A stretch of DNA of 64,000 nucleotides, taken from NCBI GenBank assembly GCA_036645835.1, contig JAVXNK010000004.1:29193-93192 (forward strand), in the 5' to 3' direction. The notes under the pieces were generated by a model. The model had not been told where the DNA came from. It ran no database searches and saw only the letters and a program-made list of their open reading frames with translations. The stretch comes from Angelakisella sp. GTDB taxonomy: Bacteria; Bacillota; Clostridia; Oscillospirales; Ruminococcaceae. Of this stretch, positions 27,501 through 36,667 are shown one piece after another. A program made the translations under genes and the position numbers. Every line of letters begins with the position of its first letter. Position 1 is the first letter of the stretch.

Positions 27501-29531
27501 TTATTCATGAACAAGCTTCATGGCGGCTAACTTCTTGTATGTAGGTGCATCGGGTATATTTGCCTTACCTGATGCCGGTAGAACTGTGTAAATTGTGTTT
27601 CCACTCTGACGAACTGAGGAAATGAGGTTTAGCTCGGTTAAGATATCCAATGACACCATCAGTCGGAAATAACCAAAGGCCTTACCCAATCGGGAAAAGA
27701 GCCAATCTGCTCCTCCACTGTAGGGTGAAAGCTCCCGCAACAGGCGAAACGCAATAGATAGCTCCTCACGGCTATATAGGTTTGCTGTTACGTCTTCTGG
27801 GGAAAAAGCCTCTCCTCTGCGAAAGCTATCATAAAGCTCACAACCATGGAGCTTTGCCTCCATGGGGAAGGAGGAAGGTACAAGGCTGACTATCCTTATG
27901 AAAGGGCGGTCCACACCCTTATAACTATTCACTGAAAGAGCCACCGCACAGTCCACCAAAGTTCCTATGGTAATGGGAAAGCCCGCTGCAGTCATTCCAA
28001 AATACAGAACTTCCAGCCTGGCATCGCCGAAAGAAAGCCCCAGCCGCAGGTGATTCCCATTTCCAATGGGTGTTATGCTTTCCAGTACCATTCCCCGCAG
28101 CACGGGAACCGGCTGCGGATTGCCGCAACCGTAGGGCTGTAGGCTTTCCAGAAGCTGAATGTTTTCCAGTGTAATATCGGTAGGAAGAATGTCGCTATCT
28201 ACCATGAGGCAGTGCCTTGGCATAACCGGATACTGCTGCGCACTATACTGCGCTAGAGCCGCCTGAAACTCGGAAAGTTTGTCACCGGCTAAGGACAGGC
28301 CTGCCGCCATAGGATGCCCGCCGTATTTTATAAGCAGGTGCCCACAGGCATGTATGGCATCAATGATGGAGTAACCCTCCACACTACGGGCAGATCCCCG
28401 CAGTTCGCCGTCCTCCATCTGGGTTAAAACGATGCAGGGCTTTCGGTAACGCTCTACAAGCCTGGCAGCGGTAATGCCGATGACACCCGGGTGCCATCCT
28501 TTACCACTGACCACCAATACCCGTGATGCGGTTATTTCAGGCTGTTCACTGATAAGCTTCCCGATATCTGTCACGATATCCGCTTCTATCGCCTTGCGTT
28601 CACTGTTAAGACTGTCTATCTTTTTGGCAAGTGTTTCCGCTTCTTCGGGGTCCTGACAGAGCAGCAGCTCCACAGCAAGGTCCACCGAGGCTATTCTGCC
28701 TGTTACATTAATTCTGGGGGCTATACCAAAACTGATTTGCTCACTTGTTATGCTATCCAGGGATATACCGGCTACCCGAGCAAGAGCGATAAGCCCTTCC
28801 CGTTCGGTAACAGCCATTGCCGATAGCCCCGCTCGCACCAAAAGGCGGTTTTCATCTACAAGAGGAACAATGTCCGCCATGGTACCTAGCGCTGCCAAAT
28901 CACCATATAGCTCCAACAGCATGCCTTCGGTATCGTTTTCCAATGCCGAAAGTAGCTTCCACACTACACCCGCACCGCACAGTCCCTTGAAGGGATAGTC
29001 GCAGTCGGCTCGGTGTGGGTCTAGTACTGCCGTACACACTGGGAGCGCACCGCTCTGCTGATGGTGGTCGGTTACAATAACATCGATGCCTGCTGCTGTG
29101 GCTGCTGCAATCTCAGCTACTGCCGAAATGCCATTATCCACCGTTATGACAAGCTGAACATCTGCTTCTTTTATCTTCCCCACTGCGGTCATATTAAGGC
29201 CATAGCCCTCTTCCTCCCGCTGTGGTATATAGTATAATACATCTGCACCCGCATTTTCAAGGTAGTCGTACAGCATAACCGTAGCGGTAACACCGTCACA
29301 GTCATAGTCGCCATAGACCAGTATCCGTTCCCCTTCTGCAATGGCACGGTGTATACGTTCTACTGCCACAGCCATGTCCTTCATTAGGAATGGGTCGTGT
29401 GGTGCAGCAAGGGGGGCATGGGTATCCCGAGTAGCCAAAAGCCTGCGAAAAAAGAGAGGCAGTTCAGTAGATGCCTGCAGCGATTCTTCCGACGCTCTAT
29501 TCAGCTGCTTTTCCCATGGTATAAAATCCAC
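27501..29531 (-). CDS. recJ: Single-stranded DNA exonuclease RecJ
   Basis: YGDYDCDG, ITVDNG, TDHH, GTMADIVPL, GSARS and GGHPMAAG motifs. Start is GTG 29531 or ATG 29552. Confidence 0.95.
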   Translation of the reverse strand: MDFIPWEKQLNRASEESLQASTELPLFFRRLLATRDTHAPLAAPHDPFLMKDMAVAVERIHRAIAEGERILVYGDYDCDGVTATVMLYDYLENAGADVLYYIPQREEEGYGLNMTAVGKIKEADVQLVITVDNGISAVAEIAAATAAGIDVIVTDHHQQSGALPVCTAVLDPHRADCDYPFKGLCGAGVVWKLLSALENDTEGMLLELYGDLAALGTMADIVPLVDENRLLVRAGLSAMAVTEREGLIALARVAGISLDSITSEQISFGIAPRINVTGRIASVDLAVELLLCQDPEEAETLAKKIDSLNSERKAIEADIVTDIGKLISEQPEITASRVLVVSGKGWHPGVIGITAARLVERYRKPCIVLTQMEDGELRGSARSVEGYSIIDAIHACGHLLIKYGGHPMAAGLSLAGDKLSEFQAALAQYSAQQYPVMPRHCLMVDSDILPTDITLENIQLLESLQPYGCGNPQPVPVLRGMVLESITPIGNGNHLRLGLSFGDARLEVLYFGMTAAGFPITIGTLVDCAVALSVNSYKGVDRPFIRIVSLVPSSFPMEAKLHGCELYDSFRRGEAFSPEDVTANLYSREELSIAFRLLRELSPYSGGADWLFSRLGKAFGYFRLMVSLDILTELNLISSVRQSGNTIYTVLPASGKANIPDAPTYKKLAAMKLVHE

Positions 29532-29613
29532 TGCCTGTCCCTCCCTTCGCATCTCCTACTAGGCCTACCGCCAGTGGAAACGTTATTTAATCAGTATACC
29601 AAATTTCCCTAAA

Positions 29614-31200
29614 TTACGCAAATGGTTTGTAAATTTCTATTATCTTTTCCGCCACCCGTATGCCGTCCACCGCTGCGCTCATAATGCCTCCGGCATAGCC
29701 GCTGCCTTCACCGCAGGGGTACAGTCCCAAAACACCTGTGCTACACAGCGTTTCCCCGTCACGCAGGATGCGTACAGGTGAAGAGGTACGGGTTTCCGGT
29801 CCTGTCAGTACTGCATCGGGTGTATTAAAACCTGCCTGCTTATGCCCCAAAATACAAAGGCCCTTACGCATGTAGGCAGTTACTATAGCAGGAAGGATAT
29901 TGTCAAAATTGGCTGCCTGTGTGCCAATGGAATAGGAAGGTTCTACACGTCCTAGTTCTGCACCTGCTCTTCCTTCTAAGAAGCGTTTAACTGTTTGGAT
30001 AGGCGCTTTGTAGCCCGAAGTTGCCGCAAATGCCTTCCGCTCAATGGCAGTCTGGAAGGCTACCGCATCCATGGGGTTTTCTCCAAAGTCCCGTTTATCC
30101 ACTGAAACTACCAGTGCGGAATTTGCATTTTTGCCGTCCCTGCCATAGTAGCTCATACCGTTGGTAACAATGGTATCCTCCATAGAGGCAGCCGGCACTA
30201 CATAACCACCGGGACACATGCAAAAGGTGTAGGCAGCACGGTCATTGGCGTTATCCCTCCACGAAAGCTGATATTCACCCTTTGGCAGCAAGGGATGTCC
30301 TGCAAACTCACCATAGAGTGCCTTATCAACATCGCTCTGTAGATGTTCAATACGAGCACCTACGGAAAAGGGCTTTGTCTCCATGGGGACATCCATCTTC
30401 CACAGCATTTCAAAGGTGTCCCTGGCACTGTGCCCCATGGCAAGCACCACTGTTTCAGTGGGTATTTCCCCATCTGCTGTCACTACTGCTTTTACCTTGT
30501 TATTCTCAGTTATCAGGTTTAAAAGCCTTGTGTTAAAGCGTACCTCGCCCCCAAGGCTGATAATCTCCTGCCGCATGGCCTTAACCACATTCCGAATATA
30601 ATCGGTTCCTATGTGCGGTTTTGCACTCCGCAATATTTCGGCAGGTGCACCTGCAGCAGCAAATTCAGCCAGTACGGCATCACAGCGCTTGTCATTGATA
30701 CGGGTAGTCAGCTTTCCATCCGAAAAAGTGCCAGCACCACCTTCACCAAACTGCACATTGCATTCTGGGGACAGTGCAGCTCCACCTTGGAAGCTGTCCA
30801 CGGCTTTTATCCGCTCCTCCATACTGCCACCGCGCTCCAGAATAATGGGACGGTAGCCTAGCCGTGCCAGATAGAGCCCGCAAAAGATACCTGCGGGGCC
30901 AAACCCTACAACCACCGGGCGATGTTCCAAGGGTTTCTGGCCTACGGCAAAGGTAAGGTCCTCCCTGTTTATAATGCGGATACCGTCACCCGCCTTAACG
31001 GTGCTTTCGTCCCGAAGCTTAAGTCCAACGGTATAGTTAAGTAAAATGTTTGTGCGTTTACGTGCATCCACCGAATGCTTTACAATATACTGCTCCAGCA
31101 CCTGGTCTGCCGAGATGCCTAGCTTTGATATAGCCCGCTCGTAGCATCTGTTCTGATCCTCATTAAGGCCCACTGTAATATTTCCAACATGTATTGTCAT
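29614..31200 (-). CDS. Uncharacterised FAD-dependent oxidoreductase (COG2509-like)
   Basis: VVGFGPAG, FGEGGAGTFSDGKL, FCMCPGG, ETRTSSP and GEGSGYAGGIMSAAVDG motifs. Confidence 0.88.
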   Translation of the reverse strand: MTIHVGNITVGLNEDQNRCYERAISKLGISADQVLEQYIVKHSVDARKRTNILLNYTVGLKLRDESTVKAGDGIRIINREDLTFAVGQKPLEHRPVVVGFGPAGIFCGLYLARLGYRPIILERGGSMEERIKAVDSFQGGAALSPECNVQFGEGGAGTFSDGKLTTRINDKRCDAVLAEFAAAGAPAEILRSAKPHIGTDYIRNVVKAMRQEIISLGGEVRFNTRLLNLITENNKVKAVVTADGEIPTETVVLAMGHSARDTFEMLWKMDVPMETKPFSVGARIEHLQSDVDKALYGEFAGHPLLPKGEYQLSWRDNANDRAAYTFCMCPGGYVVPAASMEDTIVTNGMSYYGRDGKNANSALVVSVDKRDFGENPMDAVAFQTAIERKAFAATSGYKAPIQTVKRFLEGRAGAELGRVEPSYSIGTQAANFDNILPAIVTAYMRKGLCILGHKQAGFNTPDAVLTGPETRTSSPVRILRDGETLCSTGVLGLYPCGEGSGYAGGIMSAAVDGIRVAEKIIEIYKPFA

Positions 31201-31226
31201 AGTATCTCCATTTCTTCACGCAATAA

Positions 31227-31247
31227 GGGCACGGATAAGCCGTGCCC
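31227..31247 (-). terminator. GC hairpin after cdaR (weak U-tract)
   Basis: GGGCACGG-5 nt-CCGTGCCC. Confidence 0.5.
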
Positions 31248-31259
31248 CCTGCATCCTTA

Positions 31260-32519
31260 CTATTTTGCGGTTACACTAACAACCGCCTGATACTTTCCTA
31301 TGGCCCAAACCAGATCATTGGTGGGCATATAAATACGCACAGCAACGGGATACTGCCCCACTGTCAGCTCCTGTAACGAGAAGTCTATCTCTGCCACTAC
31401 CCCATCGGGCAGGACGGTATCTAGCACCTTCTTGTCACCTATAAGCCGCACATTGCTAATAGTATTGCTCTTTATAGACACATTGTATTCCGGGGGAACA
31501 TTGAGTGTAGAGATATTTTTCAGCTTCATAGTCTTTGCAGAAAGACCATTCACATCAAATTCCACTACTATATTTTCAATGTTGTTGTAGTTTACCACGT
31601 TGTCGGGCAGCTCCACATCGAAGGTGATGCTGCTGTTTTTCACCAAATCTAGCTGCGATAGGTCGATGTGTCCCACCGGTACCTCATAGTACCGCCCAAT
31701 GATATCACTGGTGGCTGCAACTGTAATGGTATCGTTGGAGAGGGTATATTCCAGCTCCTCCAGTGGAAATTCATCTGGAACATTTACAAAGGAAACGGTA
31801 AGGGGTAGTTCCACTACCTCCAAAACCGGAATGTGCACCGTAGTCGTGTCATAGCTGGTGGAAATATAACCACCGTTAGCCTTGGTTTTTATCTCCTCAC
31901 CGTAGGCATCCAAAAACACAATGGGCAACGTTAGCGTTTCAGATGTGGTAAAGGGCTCAGTAAGTTCTGTTTTTACCATTGCTCTGGCTATGCGCTCTAC
32001 ATCCTTCTCAGGGCCCTGCACCGTTACCTTCCCGGGCTCTATGGAGATATCTCCCAGCAGGTAACCTTCGTCCGGCACCGATACGCCCGTAATATGCTGT
32101 TCAATCAGCAGTTCACGGGTAATCTCGCGGTCGAATGTCACGTTTATGCTTTCTGGATAGATGCTGATTACCTCATAGCGGTCATTCAGCGGCTTTACTG
32201 CCTCAATCTTCAGATCGTAGTTGCCAGGTCGGCTCACATTGGTAAGAACTGCCCGTAGATGCACCTCTTCCGGGGCAAGGTTGCCAATATTATACCGCAT
32301 ACCCTCTACCTTGACAGTAACGGTGGTATCCCCACCTTCCACAATATTGAGGTCGGAGGTAGCCGGAAGATTTATCTGAACCGGAACTCCTACAAGCTCC
32401 TTATCATCAGTAGGTGAAATGGAGTAAACCACTACATACCAGCTGACCACCGCCAAGACAATGGAAAAAACGGCCATGGTACTAGGCTTTTTAAAGATGG
32501 AGGATAGGTTAATTTTCAT
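31260..32519 (-). CDS. cdaR: CdaR (YbbR-domain) regulator of diadenylate cyclase
   Basis: N-terminal TM followed by beta-rich repeats; overlaps the cdaA stop. Confidence 0.88.
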   Translation of the reverse strand: MKINLSSIFKKPSTMAVFSIVLAVVSWYVVVYSISPTDDKELVGVPVQINLPATSDLNIVEGGDTTVTVKVEGMRYNIGNLAPEEVHLRAVLTNVSRPGNYDLKIEAVKPLNDRYEVISIYPESINVTFDREITRELLIEQHITGVSVPDEGYLLGDISIEPGKVTVQGPEKDVERIARAMVKTELTEPFTTSETLTLPIVFLDAYGEEIKTKANGGYISTSYDTTTVHIPVLEVVELPLTVSFVNVPDEFPLEELEYTLSNDTITVAATSDIIGRYYEVPVGHIDLSQLDLVKNSSITFDVELPDNVVNYNNIENIVVEFDVNGLSAKTMKLKNISTLNVPPEYNVSIKSNTISNVRLIGDKKVLDTVLPDGVVAEIDFSLQELTVGQYPVAVRIYMPTNDLVWAIGKYQAVVSVTAK

Positions 32520-33409
32520 TTGCGTATCCTCCTAAATAGCTTTCTTTCCGGTCTTGGGTTACCTTCATCCTCGCCATTGGAAACCAGCTGATGGTATAGT
32601 ACAGCTTTCAGTGCCGGAGGAGTAAGCTTCAGCTCGAGCCGCCCGCTCATAGCTACCGAAATGGCACCTGTCTCCTCTGAAACCACCACAATAACGGCAT
32701 CGGAAACCTCGCTCATACCAAGGGCAGCACGATGGCGGGTACCAAGCATTCTGTTTATCTCATTGTTCTGTGAAAGCGGGAGAAAGCAACCTGCGGAGTA
32801 GAGCTTTCCATCCCGTACCACCAGTGCGCCGTCGTGAAGGGGAGAGTTGTGAAAGAATATGTTTTGTATCAGCTCACTGCTGGGGTCAGAGTTTATGATT
32901 GTACCGGTGCCGATAATATCCCCTATTTTTGTCTGCCGCTCAATGACCAGCAGCGCACCTGTACGGGTTTGTGCCAGCATGGTACAGCCTTCCACTACCG
33001 CATCTATAACCTCCATCATACGTTGCCGCTTCTGCTCCTTTGACTCTGCAGGAGCTGCAAAGAACTGTATGGAGGATATGCTGGTTCGTCCAACCTGTTC
33101 CAGCACTTTTCGTAGTTCGGGCTGGAACAGTACCAGCAGCACCATAACACCGTAGGTAAGTATGAAGCGCAGTATGGTTTCTAGCATACGAAACTTAAAG
33201 AAATCTGCCGCAGCAAAAAGCAGCAGTATGGCTAGCACACCTTTAACAAGCTGCCCTGCACGGGTTTCACGCACAAGTCCAATCAGCTTGTAGATGAGAA
33301 AGGCGACAATAGCAATGTCCAGAATATCCGCTATCTCAATAGAGCTTGTTATAGCCAAAAACTGTTCCCAAAACAACTGAAAGGTTGTTGTTTGCATGGT
33401 ATCTGTCAT
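32516..33409 (-). CDS. cdaA: Diadenylate cyclase CdaA
   Basis: Three TMs; FQPELR, SPLHDGA and GTRHRAALG (DGA and RHR) motifs. Confidence 0.96.
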   Translation of the reverse strand: MTDTMQTTTFQLFWEQFLAITSSIEIADILDIAIVAFLIYKLIGLVRETRAGQLVKGVLAILLLFAAADFFKFRMLETILRFILTYGVMVLLVLFQPELRKVLEQVGRTSISSIQFFAAPAESKEQKRQRMMEVIDAVVEGCTMLAQTRTGALLVIERQTKIGDIIGTGTIINSDPSSELIQNIFFHNSPLHDGALVVRDGKLYSAGCFLPLSQNNEINRMLGTRHRAALGMSEVSDAVIVVVSEETGAISVAMSGRLELKLTPPALKAVLYHQLVSNGEDEGNPRPERKLFRRIRK

Positions 33410-33451
33410 TGCTCCGCCTCCTTTGCTAAACTATTTTTATTGCCTTACCAC

Positions 33452-33584
33452 TAGGCCGCAACTGCGGTGCCGTGGCAGGTGGCAGACATGGCGTCTAGCC
33501 TCTTAAAAGCCTAACTGCCATGTAGGGCATGGGAAGATAACTAATGCCGGTTAGCACGCGTATAGTTTTCCGCTAGCTCACCTA
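33452..33584 (-). ncRNA. Candidate structured RNA in the cdaA leader (family unknown)
   Basis: Nested complementary segments found by eye; see findings. Confidence 0.35.
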
Positions 33585-33608
33585 TGTACCTTCTGCGCGG
33601 GTCCGGCT

Positions 33609-34316
33609 TTACCGAAAAAAAGAGGAATCCTCGCCAAGCTTTATCTCGTCGCTTTTATCAGCTTCCAGCCGTGCAAGAGCTGCTTCAAAGTTCAGCAGTG
33701 TCTTGCTGACCGACTGACGGAATTCGTCAATCTCGCCTTTCAGGTCGGTAAACTCTGTCTTTGGAGCTGTATCGTCCTCTGCTTCCTGAAGCAAAGGCAC
33801 CTCCATAGTAGAAGCTTCTTGCTGTGTTTCTACTACATCCGCTATATCTTCCCCATCATCAGTGTTCACTGTCTGGGTAACGGATGCCTCACGTTCAGCC
33901 AAAAGATGTTCGGCCAATGTTTGAAGTTTGCCCTCCAGTATTTCACACTTCTGTTGCAGCTGACGGTTCAGTTCGGTTTGCAGCTGAAGTTCGCCTTCCT
34001 TGCTTCTGGCAGCCTGTGCATACTGATCTGCCTCGCGACGCAGTCGTTCACATTTTTCCTGTAACAAAGCAGCCGCTTCCCGCTGCTCACTACAGGTGCG
34101 TTCCAGTGCGTCTATACGCTCCTGGCACAGCTCTGCGGACTGCTCATCCTCCTGCTGGAGCTGCTGTTCATTCAGCTTGCTTTCACATTCCTCCAGCCGC
34201 TGGGTAAGCTCCGCTTCCTTCTTTTTGAAGAGCACATCCTGCTCATAGATATAGTCAAGCACGGCTCTTTTATCAAAGCCTCGCAATGCTGTAGCAAATA
34301 CCTTTTGCTGTTCCAT
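33609..34316 (-). CDS. Coiled-coil protein with a DivIVA-like N-terminal motif
   Basis: FATALRGFDKRAVLDYI resembles the DivIVA F-x3-RG[YF]-x3-V-x2-[YF] motif; Q/E-rich heptads follow. Confidence 0.65.
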   Translation of the reverse strand: MEQQKVFATALRGFDKRAVLDYIYEQDVLFKKKEAELTQRLEECESKLNEQQLQQEDEQSAELCQERIDALERTCSEQREAAALLQEKCERLRREADQYAQAARSKEGELQLQTELNRQLQQKCEILEGKLQTLAEHLLAEREASVTQTVNTDDGEDIADVVETQQEASTMEVPLLQEAEDDTAPKTEFTDLKGEIDEFRQSVSKTLLNFEAALARLEADKSDEIKLGEDSSFFR

Positions 34317-34518
34317 TTTGCACCTCCGAAAATGATTCGCTAAATATGGATGCTATGTGTGTAATATGTAATAAACGTTTATGATTATTACACCAAAAAT
34401 ACAAAGCGTTTTGATGCATTTGCGCATAGGGACGGCAATCGTCCTGCGCATAATTTATAATAAGCGTTTACGATTATTATATCACTCTTCTACTGAAAAC
34501 ACAAATACATTTACAGGG

Positions 34519-34574
34519 AAAGCATAAAAATCGCCTACGATATCTCAACGATACCGCAGGCGATTTTATGCTTT
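34519..34574 (-). terminator. Terminator of the rnf operon
   Basis: AAAGCATAAAA(A)TCGCCT...AGGCGATTTTATGCTTT, directly after the rnfB stop. Confidence 0.75.
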
Positions 34575-34577
34575 CTG

Positions 34578-35366
34578 CTAGCCGCAGATTTTTATAACCT
34601 TTGTAGGACATACCTCTGCGCACTTTCCGCAGTTGGTGCACTTTGAGGTGTCAATGGATGCAAGATTGTCAGTAACCTTAATGGCATCAAACTCACAGGT
34701 CTTCTGACACTTCATGCAGCCGATACAGCCTGCTTTGCAGACCTTACGGGTATATGCACCCTTGTCGTGAGAGGAACATGCAACATGTACAAGCGCAGTA
34801 TCCTTGGCAAGTCCAAGAATCAGGTTAGGACATACCTTGGTGCAGGCTCCGCAGCCTGTGCAAAGGGCACGGTCGATAACTGCAAGTCCGTTTACAATTT
34901 CAATGGCGCCAAACTTACAGACATTTACACAGTCACCAAAGCCCAAGCAGCCGTGGGTACAGCTTCTTCTGCCCTGATAAAAGGTATTGCAGGCCTTACA
35001 GGTTTTAGGGCCTTCATACTCCATAACGTACTCGCTGGTGTCAAAATCTCCCGCACAGTAAACGTTTGCCTTTACCTCTTCTACGTCTGCATAGGCTACG
35101 CCCAAAATTTCGCTTATCTTGCGCGAAACACTGTCGCCGCCGGGGGTGCAGAGATTGGTCTTTACGCCGTTTCCCTCTCCCAGCTGCTTAGCATAATCAT
35201 CACAACCCGCAAACCCACAGGCGCCACAGTTGGCACCCGGCAGTACTTCACGGACCTTTATGACGGTTTCGTCTACCGGTACATACATAACCTTAGCTGC
35301 TATTACCAGTATCACACCGCAGACAAGACCGATGCCGGAAACAATCAATATCGCCGATAACAACAT
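34578..35366 (-). CDS. rnfB: Rnf complex subunit B
   Basis: LPGANCGACGFAGC motif, multiple 4Fe-4S motifs, C-terminal ferredoxin. Confidence 0.95.
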   Translation of the reverse strand: MLLSAILIVSGIGLVCGVILVIAAKVMYVPVDETVIKVREVLPGANCGACGFAGCDDYAKQLGEGNGVKTNLCTPGGDSVSRKISEILGVAYADVEEVKANVYCAGDFDTSEYVMEYEGPKTCKACNTFYQGRRSCTHGCLGFGDCVNVCKFGAIEIVNGLAVIDRALCTGCGACTKVCPNLILGLAKDTALVHVACSSHDKGAYTRKVCKAGCIGCMKCQKTCEFDAIKVTDNLASIDTSKCTNCGKCAEVCPTKVIKICG

Positions 35367-35393
35367 CAGTTTCTGCCTCCTTACTTCATTTGT

Positions 35394-35987
35394 TTACTTA
35401 ATCATTCCTTCGATAAGACCGCCAAAGCCCATGAAGGACATGGATACTATGGAGGCAGCAATCAGCGTTATGGGGATACCGTCAAAGCTCTTGGTAACCT
35501 TGCTGTTTGCTATTCTGGTACGAACGCCGCAGAACAGTACCATAGCCAACATAAAGCCAAGGCCTGCACCCAAAGAGTTCACCATGGACTCCACAAAGGA
35601 GTAGCCTTCGCCGATATTGAGCACAGTAACGCCCAGTACAGCGCAGTTGGTGGTAATAAGGGGCAGATAGATACCCAGAGACTTATGCAGGGCAGGAACA
35701 AACTTTTTAAGGATCATCTCCACCAACTGCACAAGAGCAGCAATGATGAGGATGAAAACCACGGTCTGCATAAACTCCAGCCCATAGTTCACCAGAACAT
35801 AGGTGTAGATGGGCCATGTGGCAGCAGTAGCCATAAGCATAACGAAGATAACCGCGAGGCTCATGCCAACAGCAGAATCCAGCTTTTTGGAAACGCCCAA
35901 AAAGGGACAAATGCCTAGAAATTTTGCCAGAACGAAGTTGTCTACCAAAATAGCACTAAACAGTATTACAATAAGATTTGTTGCCAT
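35394..35987 (-). CDS. rnfA: Rnf complex subunit A
   Basis: FLGICPFLGVS and YLPLITTNCAVLG motifs. Confidence 0.96.
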   Translation of the reverse strand: MATNLIVILFSAILVDNFVLAKFLGICPFLGVSKKLDSAVGMSLAVIFVMLMATAATWPIYTYVLVNYGLEFMQTVVFILIIAALVQLVEMILKKFVPALHKSLGIYLPLITTNCAVLGVTVLNIGEGYSFVESMVNSLGAGLGFMLAMVLFCGVRTRIANSKVTKSFDGIPITLIAASIVSMSFMGFGGLIEGMIK

Positions 35988-35990
35988 TCC

Positions 35991-36662
35991 TTAGCACCCT
36001 CCATTCTCAGCGCCGCCGCAGGCACCCTTGGAGGGGCATCCGGCACATGCTATTTCTTTTTTCTTAATAGCCTTGCCCTTGGTAAGCTTATTAACCAGAG
36101 CAATAAGCAGTCCGAAGGTCAAAAAGCCACCGGGAGCCATCTTCATAATCATGATGGGCTGAATAGCTTCGGGAAGTATCTGGAGGCCGGCAATGGTGCC
36201 GCTACCCAGAAGTTCGCGGATGATACCCATTGCGCCCAGCGTAAGGGTAAAGCCAATGCCCATGCCAATTGCATCGAGGGTAGAATCGAAAACGCCATTT
36301 TTGTTGGCGAACATCTCGGCACGGCCCAGAATGATGCAGTTAACAACAATCAGAGGGATGAAGATGCCCAGTGTGCTGTACAGTTCCGGCACATAGGCCT
36401 TCATCAGCATCTCCACCACCGACACAAAGCCGGCGATAACAACAACATAGCAAGGAATGCGTACGTTATCGGGGATAACCTTCTTTAGCAAGGAAATGGC
36501 AATATTGGAACCGATGAGAACAAAGGTTGCCGCAATGCCCATGCCCAGACCGTTGAGCAGCGAAGTAGAGGTTGCAAGTGTTGGGCAGGTACCCAACACC
36601 AGAACCAGAACGGGGTTTTCCCGAATAATACCGTTGGTTAAGGTTTTCAGTCTGTTACTCAT
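35991..36662 (-). CDS. rnfE: Rnf complex subunit E
   Basis: LGTCPTLA, FIPLIVVNCIILGRAE and APGGF motifs. Confidence 0.96.
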   Translation of the reverse strand: MSNRLKTLTNGIIRENPVLVLVLGTCPTLATSTSLLNGLGMGIAATFVLIGSNIAISLLKKVIPDNVRIPCYVVVIAGFVSVVEMLMKAYVPELYSTLGIFIPLIVVNCIILGRAEMFANKNGVFDSTLDAIGMGIGFTLTLGAMGIIRELLGSGTIAGLQILPEAIQPIMIMKMAPGGFLTFGLLIALVNKLTKGKAIKKKEIACAGCPSKGACGGAENGGC

Positions 36663-36667
36663 CAACC

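Noticed and set aside
33452-33584. Identification of the cdaA leader as a ydaO/c-di-AMP riboswitch, SRP RNA, tmRNA or RNase P
   Set aside because: The conserved sequence motifs of those families were not found by eye, so it is kept only as an unassigned candidate.
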